From the NCBI RefSeq assembly GCF_028641065.1, contig NW_026575913.1:1-64000 (forward strand): a DNA stretch of 64,000 nucleotides. The letters are read 5' to 3'. Position 1 is the first letter of the stretch. Each line of letters starts with the position of its first letter. The stretch comes from Leucoraja erinacea (taxonomy: Eukaryota). A program made the position numbers and the translations under genes. The notes under the pieces were generated by a model, which was not told where the DNA came from, searched no databases, and worked only from the letters and a program-made list of their open reading frames with translations. Shown piece by piece: positions 1 to 12,795 of this stretch.

Positions 1-499
1 GTTTATGTTGGGATGAATCACAGTTGAAGCAGTCATTTTAAGCTCTTCTTCTCGGCTCTGCGAATGGCCTATTTCCTGCATCTTTTTGTCCATTTGTCTA
101 TTTCACAACGGTTGTCTAATATTTAATTTCCCTCCTCAGATTATCAAAATATTCAACCAAACCAGAACGTTCGCTGCTAACCTATCGCTGAATAGAAGAT
201 TTCATTGATGTGATTGAAATGCAGGATCAGAAACTATATGGAAAGAGTTAATTAAATTTACTAAACATGACAGTATTTCTTAATAAACTATCCTGCATTT
301 GTACAAGATAGCGAGCGCTATGTTGCAATTTTTTTTGCTGATCACAGCTGATCTGACTTAGGCCTCAAGTCCTTTACTGTACTTCCACATAGGATACAAT
401 CCCCTGTAATTTTATAATATAACCTATTTCTCTTTAAATATCTCCAATGTTCTAAAACCTCCTATGTGTCAAAATGCAGCTTTTTTCTGCAAAAATGAT

Positions 500-660
500 T
501 GACTTGTCTATGCTATGTTCTCCAATGTAGAAGAGGCCACATTGTGTACACTGAATGCAGTGGATATGGTTGGACGCGGTGCAGCTGAATATCTGTTTTA
601 CATGGAACTGTCCCTTCTCCCTTTGTTTCCATTTTCCACCACACATTATCCACCCATTCA
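500..660 (-). mobile_element. Degenerate Penelope-like GIY-YIG fragment
   Basis: The minus ORF contains FSCTASNHIHCIQCTQCGLFYIGE, the same motif as in the other Penelope-like copies here. Confidence 0.6.
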
Positions 661-774
661 CCACCCCATCATTCCTCTTTAATACCTTCATAATTTTAAC
701 TTTGATTTTTGTTAACTCCAAGGAATACGGAGCCAATGATTTCAGCCATTCATGGTAAGGCAACACTTGCTTAT

Positions 775-1500
775 TCCAAGAATCTCTTCTAGCTGATATC
801 CAATATTAATATGTCCTTTCTTAAATCTGAGAACGAAACTGTACACAGTGCTCCTGATATGTCCTTAATAACGTCATGTACCATAATTACAATTGTAACC
901 TACTTTAAACGGCAATATGCTAATCACCTTCTGCATTGTGTGCTGCATCTACCTGTTGGCTTTTGTTTTTTCACCTTAAGCATTTGAATCTCTTGTACTC
1001 CACTCATTTGCAATCTCGCTCCATTTAGATAATAGCTTCCTTTGAATTGCTCTTACCAAAGTATGTGAGCACATAATTTCCATTATTAAACTCTATTTGC
1101 CAGTTTTATGTTCTCCTAACAAAGAGTCATGGAGCCATATAGCAATAAAACAGGTACTTCAGCCTAATGCTCCAAGCTGAACTAGATACTACATCTGTTA
1201 GTCGCATTTGCTAGCGTTTGGCCAACATTTCTCTCAGCATGTTCTATCGATGTACCTGTCCAAGTGTCTTTTCAATGTTGTTATTCTACCTTCTCTGTCA
1301 GCTCATTTCATAATCATTTCATACACCCCAGTAATCTCTGTGAGTGGAAAAGGTTCCCTCTCAGGTTCCTACTAAATCTTCCTCTTCACCTTAAACCTGT
1401 TTTTTTGCTGGTTCTTGATTACCCTACCCTGGGTAAATGCATCAGTGCATTCCCCTGATCATCGCCCTCATGGTTTTAGATAGCGCTATAAGATCACCAA
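775..1500 (-). mobile_element. Old, fragmented CR1 3' regions
   Basis: Diverged similarity to the minus-strand 3' ORF2/UTR of younger CR1 copies in the window. Confidence 0.5.
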
Positions 1501-1569
1501 TTAAAAGGTTTCAATTATAGATAGAGTGAGATTTTGTGGTTATTTCCATCGAATTATAGACTAAAGAAA

Positions 1570-2330
1570 GGCCAGTAGAGGTACTTGGTCAAACAGAATC
1601 TGTGGAGGCAAACGGCAATAACCAGCATTTCAAGTCAAGGCACTACATTAGAATTGAAAGAGGATGGGAAGGTTCTACCAGTTTTGAAGGAGGAATGGGT
1701 CAGAGGCTGGTAAGTGGCAAGTCAAATCTGGTGGGGGTGGGTGGGGGATGATGGGCAGGATGAACACCAGTGGTGTCGATAAGCTGAAATATGACAAGTT
1801 AATATCCCATGAAGATACCCAGGTGGAGTATCAGGTATTTTGCTTACAATTTACAGTGCACAAGGTTAACGACAGACGGGTCAATGTGAGAGTGGGACGG
1901 GGTGTTAAAATACCATACAACAGATGTCAGTATGATCTTTGCTTCAAAGTGTTTGTGCTCTACAAAATGGTCGACGTCTAAGCTAGTTTTCTCCAAAGTA
2001 GAGAAGACAACAATGTGAATACTGAATGCAGTAGAGAAAGTTGAAAGAGGTGCAAGTTTATTCTCCTTTTGTTCACCTCTCCTCCTCCTCTCCTACCTGT
2101 TTCCATCTATCCATGATCCTCTCCCCACCTGGTTCTATGTTTGATCTACCAGCCTCTGTCCTATCCCTCCCTGATTGCTATATATTGGCAATCCATCCTC
2201 TTCCCTAACAGGCCAGGTGCAGGTTCTTGTCCCTATTTGTGACATAAACAATTTGTCCCAATAATTTTTCTTGAGCCATTGAATGCTTTCAATGAAACCC
2301 GCTGAGTTTCTCCAGCATTTTGGTGTACCG
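1570..2330. mobile_element. Degenerate Penelope-derived fragments in both orientations
   Basis: Minus-strand GIY-YIG-like text at about 1800-2060, a plus-strand pyrimidine-rich body, and the end motif CCCGCTGAGTTTCTCCAGCATTTTGGTGTACC at about 2298-2329. Confidence 0.5.
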
Positions 2331-2704
2331 AATGATTTAAGTCTTCTGTTTTTAGTTGCGGATTCCAGTAGCTATAGTCATTATTGGATAGAATATATTT
2401 TGATTTAACACTGCATTTAGTTTGAGACTCAGCACCAACAAATGTTGTTACATAATGCTTGGTTATTTGATGATGTCAAAAAGTCTTGATTGTTTGTACT
2501 TTGTACATTTCTAATCTAAATGCAAAGAATTTATCATCCATAAGTATATAAAATTATCCACGGTGACTGGTGGCACAGAGATCAAGTTCATTTTATGTGG
2601 CTGGTTTGGTACAAGTGCTGCTCTTGAGATTTTGCCTGATTATAGTTCCCTGAAGAATGTGCTTGATGAATAGATTATTGAGTATAAGATTTTTGGAAAT
2701 AAAT

Positions 2705-3652
2705 GGGCAATAAAAGATGGAAGTAATGGTTTTTGGTGGCACCACTGGGGCCCCCCCTGTAGATCTGGGCTCCCTGGCCCAGTATATTAAACCAAGCATC
2801 ACAAACCTAGGGGTTAAAGTGGACCCTGAGCTAAAATTTGACAGTCAGATCAAGGCTGTTGTTCAATCAAGCTTTTTCCATTTGAGGCAGCTGGCCAAAA
2901 TAAAGCCAAATCTGTCAAGGCAGAACTTTGAGACGGCAATCCACGCCTTTGTTACCACTCGGCTGGATTACTGCAATGCACTGTATGTGGGGGTTAGTGG
3001 GTCCTCCATCGCCCGTCTCCAGATGGTACAGAATGCAGCTGTACGTCTTTTAACTGGCACACGTAAACATGAGCACATTTCGCACATTTTAGCCTCACTC
3101 CACTGGTTGCCTATTCAGTTTAGGATCCATTTTAAAATTATTTTATTTGCTTTTAAATCCCTGAATGGTCTTGCCCCGCCCAACCTATCTGAGCTTCTAC
3201 ACCCTTATACACCCGCCCGCTCTCTCAGGTCAGATAATCAGCTGCTCCTGAGTGGGCCTAAAACTAAGTAGAAGCTCAGAGGGGACCGTGCCTTTGCTGT
3301 GTCGGCACCCAAATTATGGAACGATCTGCCTCTCCACATTAAACAGGCCTCTTCTCTGTCTATTTTTAAATCACTTCTTAAAACCCATCTCTTCTCCGTG
3401 GCCTTTGATACCCAGTAAGATGTCGACTTTATTTACTTGATTTAATTTCTTTTTTGATTGCTTTATTGCGTGGTTATTATTTTTACTCATGTTTTATGTC
3501 TTTTAATTTATTGTTGTATTTCATATGTAATTTTTGCGCTTTATGTGAGCTGTTATGTTGTCTGTTTATGATGCCTTGTTTATTCTTCTGTACAGCACTT
3601 TGGTCAACATTGGTTGTCTTAAAGTGCTTAACAAATAAAGTTGGATTGGATT
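2705..3652 (+). mobile_element. 5'-truncated L2-clade LINE (ORF2 C-terminus + 3'UTR)
   Basis: ORF 2717-3271 has NLGV..D..L, HAFVTTRLDYCNALY, LQMVQNAAVRLL and LHWLP; the element ends AATAAAG(TTGGA)n. Confidence 0.85.
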
Positions 3653-4276
3653 AAATCCAAGTAAACACATTGGATTGCACCATGTATGATAGTGGCTTCA
3701 TTTTGTAAAGTAAAGCCAAGACATATCGCCAATTAATATGCAAGGCACAACATTACATTGTTGTTAAAAAATGTAATGGCTCCATTTATTTGCAGGAGCA
3801 TCAATCACCGTTTTAATCCGTCAAAGTTGATTTTGTATTTTCTGAAGAAAGAATGGAACAAAATGATCAAAAATGAATTGGCAGTCAAAGTGATACAAGG
3901 TTGTAGTGGAGACAAGTGTGTAGGAACAGGCCACTCGGCCTATCCTGCCAATACTGGTGCATAATCATCAGCCTCTTTCCACCTTATGTGATCTGCAACA
4001 TGGTTGGCAAGTCCATGCTGGATTCTCTTTTGTGTTTGCCCAGCCTTCCCCTAAATGCATTTCATTGATCTGGATCCTCATTCTCACCAGTATTGGGTGG
4101 GAGGGGAGGAGAGGGAGCATTATCTGTAGAATTCCCTGCTGGATTTTAGGGTGGAAATGGTTTCACCATAGTGATTCATTTAAAACATTTATGTATTTTA
4201 ATATCACCCTTCAGCCACTTCTCAAAGGGGTGCAGGACTTGCACAGGGAGATTCGATGACCATGTTTTGTTTATAT

Positions 4277-5756
4277 TAACCATATAACCATATAACAATT
4301 ACAGCACGGAAACAGGCCATCTCGGCCCTACAAGTCCATGCCGAACAAATTTTTTTCCCCTTAGTCCCACCTACCTGCACTCGTACCATAACCCTCCATT
4401 CCCTTCTCATCCATATGCCTATCCAATTTATTTTTAAATGATACCAATGAACCTGCCTCCACCACTTCCACTGGGAGCTCATTCCACACCGCCACCACTC
4501 TCTGCGTAAAGAAGTTCCCCCTCATATTACCCCTAAACTTCTGTCCCTTAATTCTGAAGTCATGTCCTCTTGTTTGAATCTTCCCTATTCTCAAAGGGAA
4601 AAGCTTGTCCACATCAACTCTGTCTATCCCTCTCATCATTTTAAAGACCTCTATCAGGTCCCCCCTTAACCTTCTGCGCTCCAGAGAATAAAGACCTAAC
4701 TTATTCAACCTATCTCTGTAACTTAGTTGTTGAAACCCAGGCAACATTCTAGTAAATCTCCTCTGTACTCTCTCTATTTTGTTGACATCCTTCCTATAAT
4801 TGGGCGACCAAAATTGTACACCCATACTCTAGATTTGGTCTCACCAATGCCTTGTACAATTTTAACATTACATCCCAGCTTCTATACTCAATGCTCTGAT
4901 TTATAAAGGCTAGCATACCAAAAGCTTTCTTTACCACCCTATCTATATGAGATTCCACCTTCAAGGAACTATGCACGGTTATACCCAGATCCCTCTGTTC
5001 AACTGTATTCTTCAATTCCCTACCATTTACCATGTACGTCCTATTTTGATTTGTCCTGCCAAGGTGTAGCACCTCACATTTATCAGCATTAAACTCCATC
5101 TGCCATCTTTCAGCCCATTTTTCCGAATGGCCTAAATCACTCTGTAGACTTTGGAAATCCTCTTCATTATCCACAACACCCCCTATCTTGGTATCATCTG
5201 CATACTTACTAATCCAATTTACCACACCTTCATCCAGATCATTGATGTACATGACAAAGAACAAAGGACCCAACACAGATCCCTGAGGCACCCCACTAGT
5301 CACCTGCCTCCAACCCGATAAACAGCCATCCACCATTACCCTCTGGCTTCTCCCATTCAGCCACTGTTGAATCCATCTTGCTATTCCTGCATTTATACCC
5401 AACAGTTGAACCTTCTTAACCAACCTTCCATGAGGAACCTTGTCAAAGGCCTTACTAAAGTCCATATAGACAACATCCACTGCTTTACCCTCGTCAATTT
5501 CCCTAGTAACCTCTTCAAAAAATTCAAGAAGATTAGTCAAACATGACCTTCCAGGCACAAATCCATGTTGACTGTTCCTAATCAGACCCTGTTTATCTAG
5601 ATGCTTATATATATTATCTCTAAGTATCTTTTCCATTAATTTGCCCACCACTGAAGTCAAACTAACAGGTCTATAATTGCTAGGTTTACTCTTAGAACCC
5701 TTTTTAAACAATGGAACAACATGCGCAGTACGCCAATCCTCGGGGACTATTCCCGA
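4277..5756 (-). mobile_element. CR1 LINE family A, 5'-truncated, young
   Basis: RT motifs (QHGF, DFSKAFD, GVPQGSVLGP, YADD) and a (TATGGTTA)n tail; nearly identical to 41800-43279. Confidence 0.95.
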
Positions 5757-5926
5757 CATCCAAACATTTTTTTAATATAGGTTAGTACTTGCATATATAG
5801 TACTTAATATAAGCAGTGCTTATCAACACAGTAGTGTTCGTTTTTTGCATCTTGAGTAAACATTGAAATAGCATTGGATGGTGTGCTCAGAAAATTATTT
5901 CTGATTTGTCCTGATTTGATTTGACA

Positions 5927-7230
5927 TTGGACAAAGTCAGCATGGATTTACGAAAGGTAAATCATGTCTGACGAATCTTATAGAATTTTTCTAGGATGTA
6001 ACTAGAAGCGTGGATAGGGGAGAACCAGTGGATGTGGTGTATCTGGACTTCCAGAAGGCTTTCGACAAGGTCCCACATAAGAGATTAGTATACAAACTTA
6101 AAGCACAAGGCATTGGGGGTTCAGTATTGATGTGGATAGAGAACTGGCTGGCAAACAGGAAGCAAAGAGTAGGAGTAAACGGGTCCTTTTCACAATGGCG
6201 GGCAGTGACTAGTGGGGTACAGCAAGGCTCCGTGCTGGGACCCCAGCTATTTACAATATATATTAATGATCTGGATGAGAGAATTGAAGGCAATATCTCT
6301 AAGTTTGCGGATGACACGAAGCTGGGGGGCAGTGTTAGCTGCGAGGAGGATGCTAAGAGACTGCAAGGTGACTTGGATAGGCTGGGTGAGTGGGCAAATG
6401 TTTGGCAGATGCAGTATAATGTGGATAAATGTGAGGTTATCCATTTTGGTGGCAAAAACAGGAAAGCATTATTATGTAAATGGTGGCCGATTAGGAAAAG
6501 GGGAGATGCAGCGAGACCTGGGTGTCATGGTACACCAGTGATTGAAAGTAGGCATGCAGGTGCAGCAGGCAGTGAAGAAAGCGAATGGTATATTAGCTTT
6601 CATAGCAAAAGGATTTGAGTATAGGAGCAGGGAGGTTCTACTGCAGTTGTACAGGGTCTTGGTGAGACCACACCTGGAGTATTGCGTACAGTTTTGGTCT
6701 CCTAATCTGAGGAAAGACATTCTTGCCATAGAGGGAGTACAGAGAAGGTTCACCAGACTGATTCCTGGGATGTCAGGACTGTTTTATGAAGAAAGACTGG
6801 ATAGACTTGGTTTATACTCTCTAGAATTTAGGAGATTGAGAGGGGATCTTTTAGAAACTTACAAAATTCTTAAGGGGTTGGACAGGCTAGATGCAGGAAG
6901 ATTGTTCCCGATGTTGGGGAAGTCCAGGACAAGGGATCACAGCTTAAGGATAAGGGGGAAATCCTTTAAAACCGAGGTGAGAAAAACTTTTTTCACACAG
7001 AGTGGTGAATCTCTGGAACTCTCTGCCACAGAGGGTAGTTGAGGCCAGTTCATTGGCTATATTTAAGAGGGAGTTTGATGTGGCCCTTGTGGCTAAGGGG
7101 ATCAGAGGTTATGGAGAGAAGGCAGGTACGGGATACTGAGTTGGATGATCAGCCATGATCATATTGAATGGTGGTGCAGGCTCGAAGGGCCGAATGGCCT
7201 ACTCATGCATCTAATTTCTATGTTTCTATG
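5927..7230 (+). mobile_element. CR1 LINE family B, 5'-truncated
   Basis: RT ORFs 6010-6618 and 6542-7042 (frameshifted; FADD) and a (TTTCTATG)n tail. Confidence 0.93.
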
Positions 7231-8249
7231 TCCTCTCTTTGTGAACACCAAACCAATGTAAGCATCTGTCTTATCTGCAAGAAAGGCATAGGCACCAGGA
7301 TCTCTGTTCCTTTTAAGCATCCAGTTATTATGTTCTTCGATGCAGAGGAAATGTGGCCAGGATAAATATAAACATGTTGAAATGCAGAATATTAAAATTG
7401 AGCCTTAACTATTATTCAATGTGATCAATTGTGACCCAAATTATGTACCTTGATCCTTTTATTTCTCCCCATCACATCTGATCCTTTGACCATACGAATA
7501 ACATATAACTCCTTAAATACATTTAATGATCTGTGTTCAACTGCTTCCAGTGGTATAACATTCCACACATTCATCAGATCTGATGCCTGATCTTCAGATT
7601 GTGACCACTGGGTCCTGAACTGACCTGATTTCCCTCTTGAATATATGGATATGTAAATATATATTCACATATATGTGTGTATACCTGCGAGTATGTGCGT
7701 ATATATATATATGCACACTGATTTTTTTTCTCTTGTTTTTCATATTGTTTACCGTGTACTATGTTTACATATTCTGTTGTGCTGCCGCTAGTAAGAATTT
7801 CATTAGACTATCTGGGACATATGACAATAAAACACTCTTGACTCTCTTGGATCTGTACAGACCCATAAGAATTTTGTAGTTGATTTTGAATGGTCCTAAT
7901 CAGAGATGTAATAATAATTGCCCTAATAGCCCTTCATACATTAGTCCTCCCATCCATGAAATCTGATGAACTTTCACAGCACTCCCTCCATAACAAGAAC
8001 ATTTTTCCTAAGATCAGGAGACTAAAACTGCAGGTGCCGTGGTCTTGGCAAGTACATTTCTCAGAATAACATGATGTATCTTTAGAAAGGGATGAGGAGG
8101 AATCTCTTCTGTCAGAGGGTGGTGAGTCACATATTAAGTTCTTGGAGCTCTGGAAAATTATCAATCTTTGATGGGAAGAATGGATGGAGAAGCTGTTCAT
8201 TTTGCTGAAGGGTTTGAGAGAGGACAAGGAATTATATGCAACGTGCGTT

Positions 8250-8760
8250 TGGAATTTCAAGTGTATGGCACGTGGATGATGTGTAGTTGAGTCCATTATG
8301 CCCTTAATGCAGTGGAAAAGGTAAACAGGGTTTTCACCTAAGATGACATTTTCTGCAAACAGCAATTTATGGTAAGGAAGTAGGCTGGCCTTGGGAAACA
8401 ATTAGATGATTGAGGGCTCGCTTAGAATAACTGGGAAATTATGGAGCAGCCTACAAGGATATTTACAGTGTAGCTAAAGGATAAGTTAAACCTTTTTTTT
8501 ATCTGAGACATGCAAGAATAGCTCGGCGCTTGATTTAATGCAGAACCTTTGAAGGACAGTCCCGCAAGATCTCTATACCAGCCATCATAAATAGGAATCT
8601 CCAATGGGCAGAAGACTGTGAGACTTGATGGTATTTGCCGCTGCTTCTATCATTTAACACATTGAGCTGAAGCCATGAGATTTGATGCTTTTTTAATGCT
8701 TTGTCTTGTAATTTGATGTAATAAAGATAGTCATTTGTACCACTGAAATTTCTTTCTCTG
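8250..8760 (-). mobile_element. Highly degenerate non-LTR RT remnant
   Basis: Minus-strand ILVGCSIISQLF and LLFAENVIL resemble the G..QGC.IS..LF and LLFADD RT motifs; boundaries are uncertain. Confidence 0.35.
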
Positions 8761-9270
8761 TTCATTGATCCGAATCCTATTTATGTTTCATTACAAAGAG
8801 AGAATTGGATAAACTTATTGTGAACAAAAACATGCAAAACTACAGTCGAAGGGCTGGGGTTGAACAAGTGCTCTTCTCCAGTAGAGAGGTGACACACCAG
8901 CTGGAAAGTGTCCCGAGAAGATTTACAAGGAGACTTGATAGTGGCATTTGAATTATTTAGAACGGCATAGATATGCAGGGAAAGGTGGGATATGGAACAT
9001 GTGTTGGTAGGGGAGATTAGTTCAACTTGGCATCACGTTCGGAACACGTGGTGTGGACCAAAGGGCCTGTTCCTACGCTGAACTGTTCTGCAAGTCAGTG
9101 AGTTTATGTTCAGGGAAGGTGAGGGTGAGAAGGCTCTGATTTCATTCCTTAGAGTGCAGGAGGATGGGAAGATTTGAAAGAGGTTTACAAAATTATGAGA
9201 GCAATCAATCACGTAAATGCGCATGAGTATTTTTGCATTATGGGGGACTCGAGAACCAGGGGATAGAGAT

Positions 9271-9480
9271 GGTAGACAAAAGTGCTGGAGAAACTTAGCG
9301 GGTGCGGCAGCATCTACGGAGCCAAGGAAATAGGAAACGTTTCGGGCCGAAACGGAAGAAAGGTTTCAGACCGAAACGTTGCCTATTTCCTTCGCTCCAT
9401 AGATGCTGCTGCACCCGCTGAATTTCTCCAGCACTTTTGTCTACCTTTGATTTTTCCAGCATCTGCAGTTCCTTCTTTAA
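9271..9480. mobile_element. Penelope-derived element inserted as a short inverted pair (hairpin) within an old CR1 fragment
   Basis: 9271-9353 is the reverse complement of about 9362-9445; imperfect flanking repeat GGATAGAGAT/GGATATAGAT. Confidence 0.75.
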
Positions 9481-9769
9481 CCGAGGATATAGATTTACGG
9501 AAAGAGTGGGTGAATGGGGAGATTTAATAGAAACCTGGAGGGGTATCATTTTTACACAAAGAATGGTGGGTATATGGAACGAGCTGCCAGAGGAGGAGGT
9601 TGAGACAGGTACTATCATAACAATAAACAGACAATCGGACAGGTACATGCATAGGATAGGTTCAGGGGGTTATGAGTCAAGCGTGGGGAGTTGGGACTAA
9701 TATATATAGGGCATGCTGTGCCGAAAAGCCCGTTTCAACGCAGTGTGATGACGCAATCCCACTTTGGCA

Positions 9770-9965
9770 CCTTACACATCTTACTAGGAGCAATTTACAG
9801 GGGGCAATTAACCTATGTTTATACGAGTTTGGAATGTGGATGGAGACCAGCACCGGGATAAAACCCACGCAGTCAATGTGAACGTACGACGTTGACAGCT
9901 TCCGTAGTCGGAATCAAACCCAGGTCTCCGACGCTGCGAGCCATCCGTTCGACTGCTGCGAAGCT
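9770..9965 (-). mobile_element. tRNA-derived SINE (HE1/V-SINE-like), degenerate
   Basis: The minus strand begins with a tRNA-like head (GCAGCAG..GAGACCTGGGTTTGATTCCGACTACGG, box B-like), followed by a TGCGTGGGTTT..CACATTCCAAA core. Confidence 0.6.
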
Positions 9966-10529
9966 GCACTTAATTTTTGTTTATAAGTTCTGATTTAAAT
10001 CAAGTATTTTTGTATAGATATGAGTTCCATGTTTAGGAAATGTGTGAATGGCAGCAATGTTGTTTGCAGGTGTAGTATCAGGCAAGAGGTAAACTGCCTT
10101 GACATTCCAGCTAACTCCTCCGCCATCAATCACTGTGCACATAATAATTGAATCACCATCGTTTTAACCAGACAGTGGGACTGGCGCGAACTTGGAAGCT
10201 TCAAGTCCTTATGTCCTGGGAAAAACGACTCATTTAGACTGGTATTACTTTTGACCACTGAATGGAAGATTATAATAATTTTCCTCTGGCCGGTGGAATC
10301 AACCGCTTTCGCTTTCCAAGCGGGCAATTAGTGTTATTCTCCCTTTGAAATCTACGGTGTAAAAATAGCACCTGCCGATCAAGATCCAAATTGACCATCA
10401 TTCTGATTTGGAAATATGTCGCTGATCAGATTCAGATTCAGATTCAGATTCAATTTTAATTGTCATTGTCAGTGTACAGCACAGAGACAACGAAATGCAT
10501 TTAGCATCTCCCTTGAAGAGCGACATAGC

Positions 10530-12795
10530 AAACGGTCCTCAGCATTGCAAAGGCCGAAACGCCCCAAGCCGACAGAATATCGTATTCTCTAAAGCCAGTA
10601 GACAGAGTGTGAGGCAGGAGGCAGAGAAGGAAGCACTCGGACCCAAAATTTAGGGGAGAAAGAAGAAAAAGAAAATAGAGCATAAGAGGCGGTGGGTTTC
10701 TTAAATGTGCATATTTTAATGCTAGGAGCATTGTAAGAAAGGTGGATGAGCTTAGAGCCTGGATTGACATCTGGAAGTACGATGTTGTGGCGATCAGTGA
10801 AACATGGTTGCAGGGGGGCTGTGATTGGAAACTAAATATTCCAAGATTTCGTTGCTTCAGGTGTGATAGAGTTGGAGGAGCAAGAGGTGGAGGTGTTGCA
10901 TTGCTTGTCAGGGAAGATATTACAGCAGTGCTTTGGCAGGATAGATTAGAGGGCTCGTCTAGGGGGGCTATTTGGGTGGAACTGTGGAGTGGGAAAGGTG
11001 TAGCAACACTTATAGGGGTGTATTATAGACCGCCAAATGGGGAGCGAGAATTGGAAGAGCAAACATGTGAGGAGATTGCAGATATTAATAGTAAGCACAA
11101 GGTAGTGATTGTGGAAGATTTCAAATTTCCCCACATAGACTGGGAAACACATTCTGTAAATGGGCTGGATGGTTTGGAGTATGCAAAATGTGTGCAGGAT
11201 AGTTTTTTGCAACAATACATAGAGGTGCCTACTAGAGAAGGGGCAGTGCTGGTCATCGTGTTAGGAAATGAGACGGGTCAGGTGGCAGAGGTATGCGTTG
11301 GGGAGCACTTCGGGTCCAGTGATCACTATACCATTAGTTTCAATATAATTATGGAGAGGGTCAGAACTGGACCGAGTGTTGAGATTTTTGATTGGAGAAA
11401 GGCTAACTTTGATGAGATGCGAAAGGATTTAAAAGGAGTGAATTGGGACATTTTGTTTTATGGGAAGGATGTAGAAGAGAAATGGAGGACATTTAAAGGG
11501 GAAATTTTAATAGTACAGAATCTTTATGTCCCTGTTCGGTTGAAAGGAAATAGTAAAAGTTGGAAAGAGCCGTGGTTTTCAAGGGAAATTGGACACTTGG
11601 TTCGGAAAAAGAGGGAGATCTACAATAATTATAGGCAGCATGGAGTGAATGATGTACTGGAAGAGTATAAAGAATGTAAAAAGAATCTTAAGAAAGAAAT
11701 TAGAAAAGCTAAAAGAAGATATGAGGTTGCTTTGGCAAGTAAGGGGAAAATAAATCCAATGGGGTTTTACAACTATATTAACAGCAAAAGGATAACGAGG
11801 GATAAAATGTGTCCATTAGGGAGCCAGAGTGGACAGCTATCTGCAGAGCCAAAAGAGATGGGGGAGATATTGAACAATTTATTTTCTTCGGTATTCACCA
11901 AGGAGAAGGATATTGAATTATGTGAGGTGAGGGAAACAAGTAGAATAGCCTTGGATACTATGAGATTCAATGAAAAAGAAGTACTGATACTTTTGAAAAA
12001 TATAAAAGTGGATAAGTCTCCAGGTCCGTACATGATATTCCCTAGGATATTGAGGGATGTTAGTGTAGAAATAGCAGGGGCTATGACAGAAACATTTCAA
12101 ATGTCATTAGGAATGGGAATAGTCCCTGAGGATTGGCGTACTGCGCATGTTGTTCCATTGTTTAAAAAGGTTCTAAGAGTAAACCTAACAAGATACTTAG
12201 AGATACTATGTATAAGCATCTGGATAAACAGGGTCTGATTAGGAACAGTCAACATGGATTTGTGCCTGGAAGGTCATGTTTGACTAATCTTCTTGAATTT
12301 TTTGAAGAAAGTACTAGGGAAATTGATGAAGGTAAAGCAGTGGATGTTGTCTATATGAACTTTAGTTAGGCCTTTGACAACGTTCCTCGTGGAAGGTTGG
12401 TTAAGAAGGTTCAATTGTTGGGTATAAAAGCAGTAGTAGCAAGATGGATTCAACTGTGGCTGAATGGGAGATGCCAGAGAGTAATGGTGGATGACTGTTT
12501 GTCGGGTTGGAGGCCAGTGACTAGTGGGGTGTCTCAGGGGTCTGTGTTGCGTCCACTGTTGTTTGTCATGTACATCAATGATCTGGATGAAGGTGTGGAT
12601 TAGTAAATATGCAGATTATACTAAGATAGGCGGTGTTGTGGATAATGAAGTAGATTTCCAAAGTCAACAGAGAGATTTAGGCCATTTGGAAGAATGGGCT
12701 GAAAGATGGCAGATGGAGTTTATTGCTGATAAGTGTGAGGTGCTACATCTTGGCAGGACAAATCAAAATAGGACGTACATGGTAAATGGTAGCGA
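10530..12795 (+). mobile_element. CR1 family A, older copy, 5' part (EN + RT start), interrupted by a nested CR1
   Basis: ORF 10742-12238 has APE motifs (NARS, ETW, YRPP, SDH) followed by a decayed RT; the sequence breaks at ..GGTAGCGA and resumes at 16977. Confidence 0.9.

Noticed and set aside
5991-6753. Recurrent antisense ORFs (MPPKWITSHL.., MNLLCTPSMA..) also seen at 53938-54750
   Set aside because: Shadow frames of the CR1 RT, repeated only because the element is repeated.
9890-9965. tRNA-like sequence
   Set aside because: Decayed SINE head with no complete cloverleaf.
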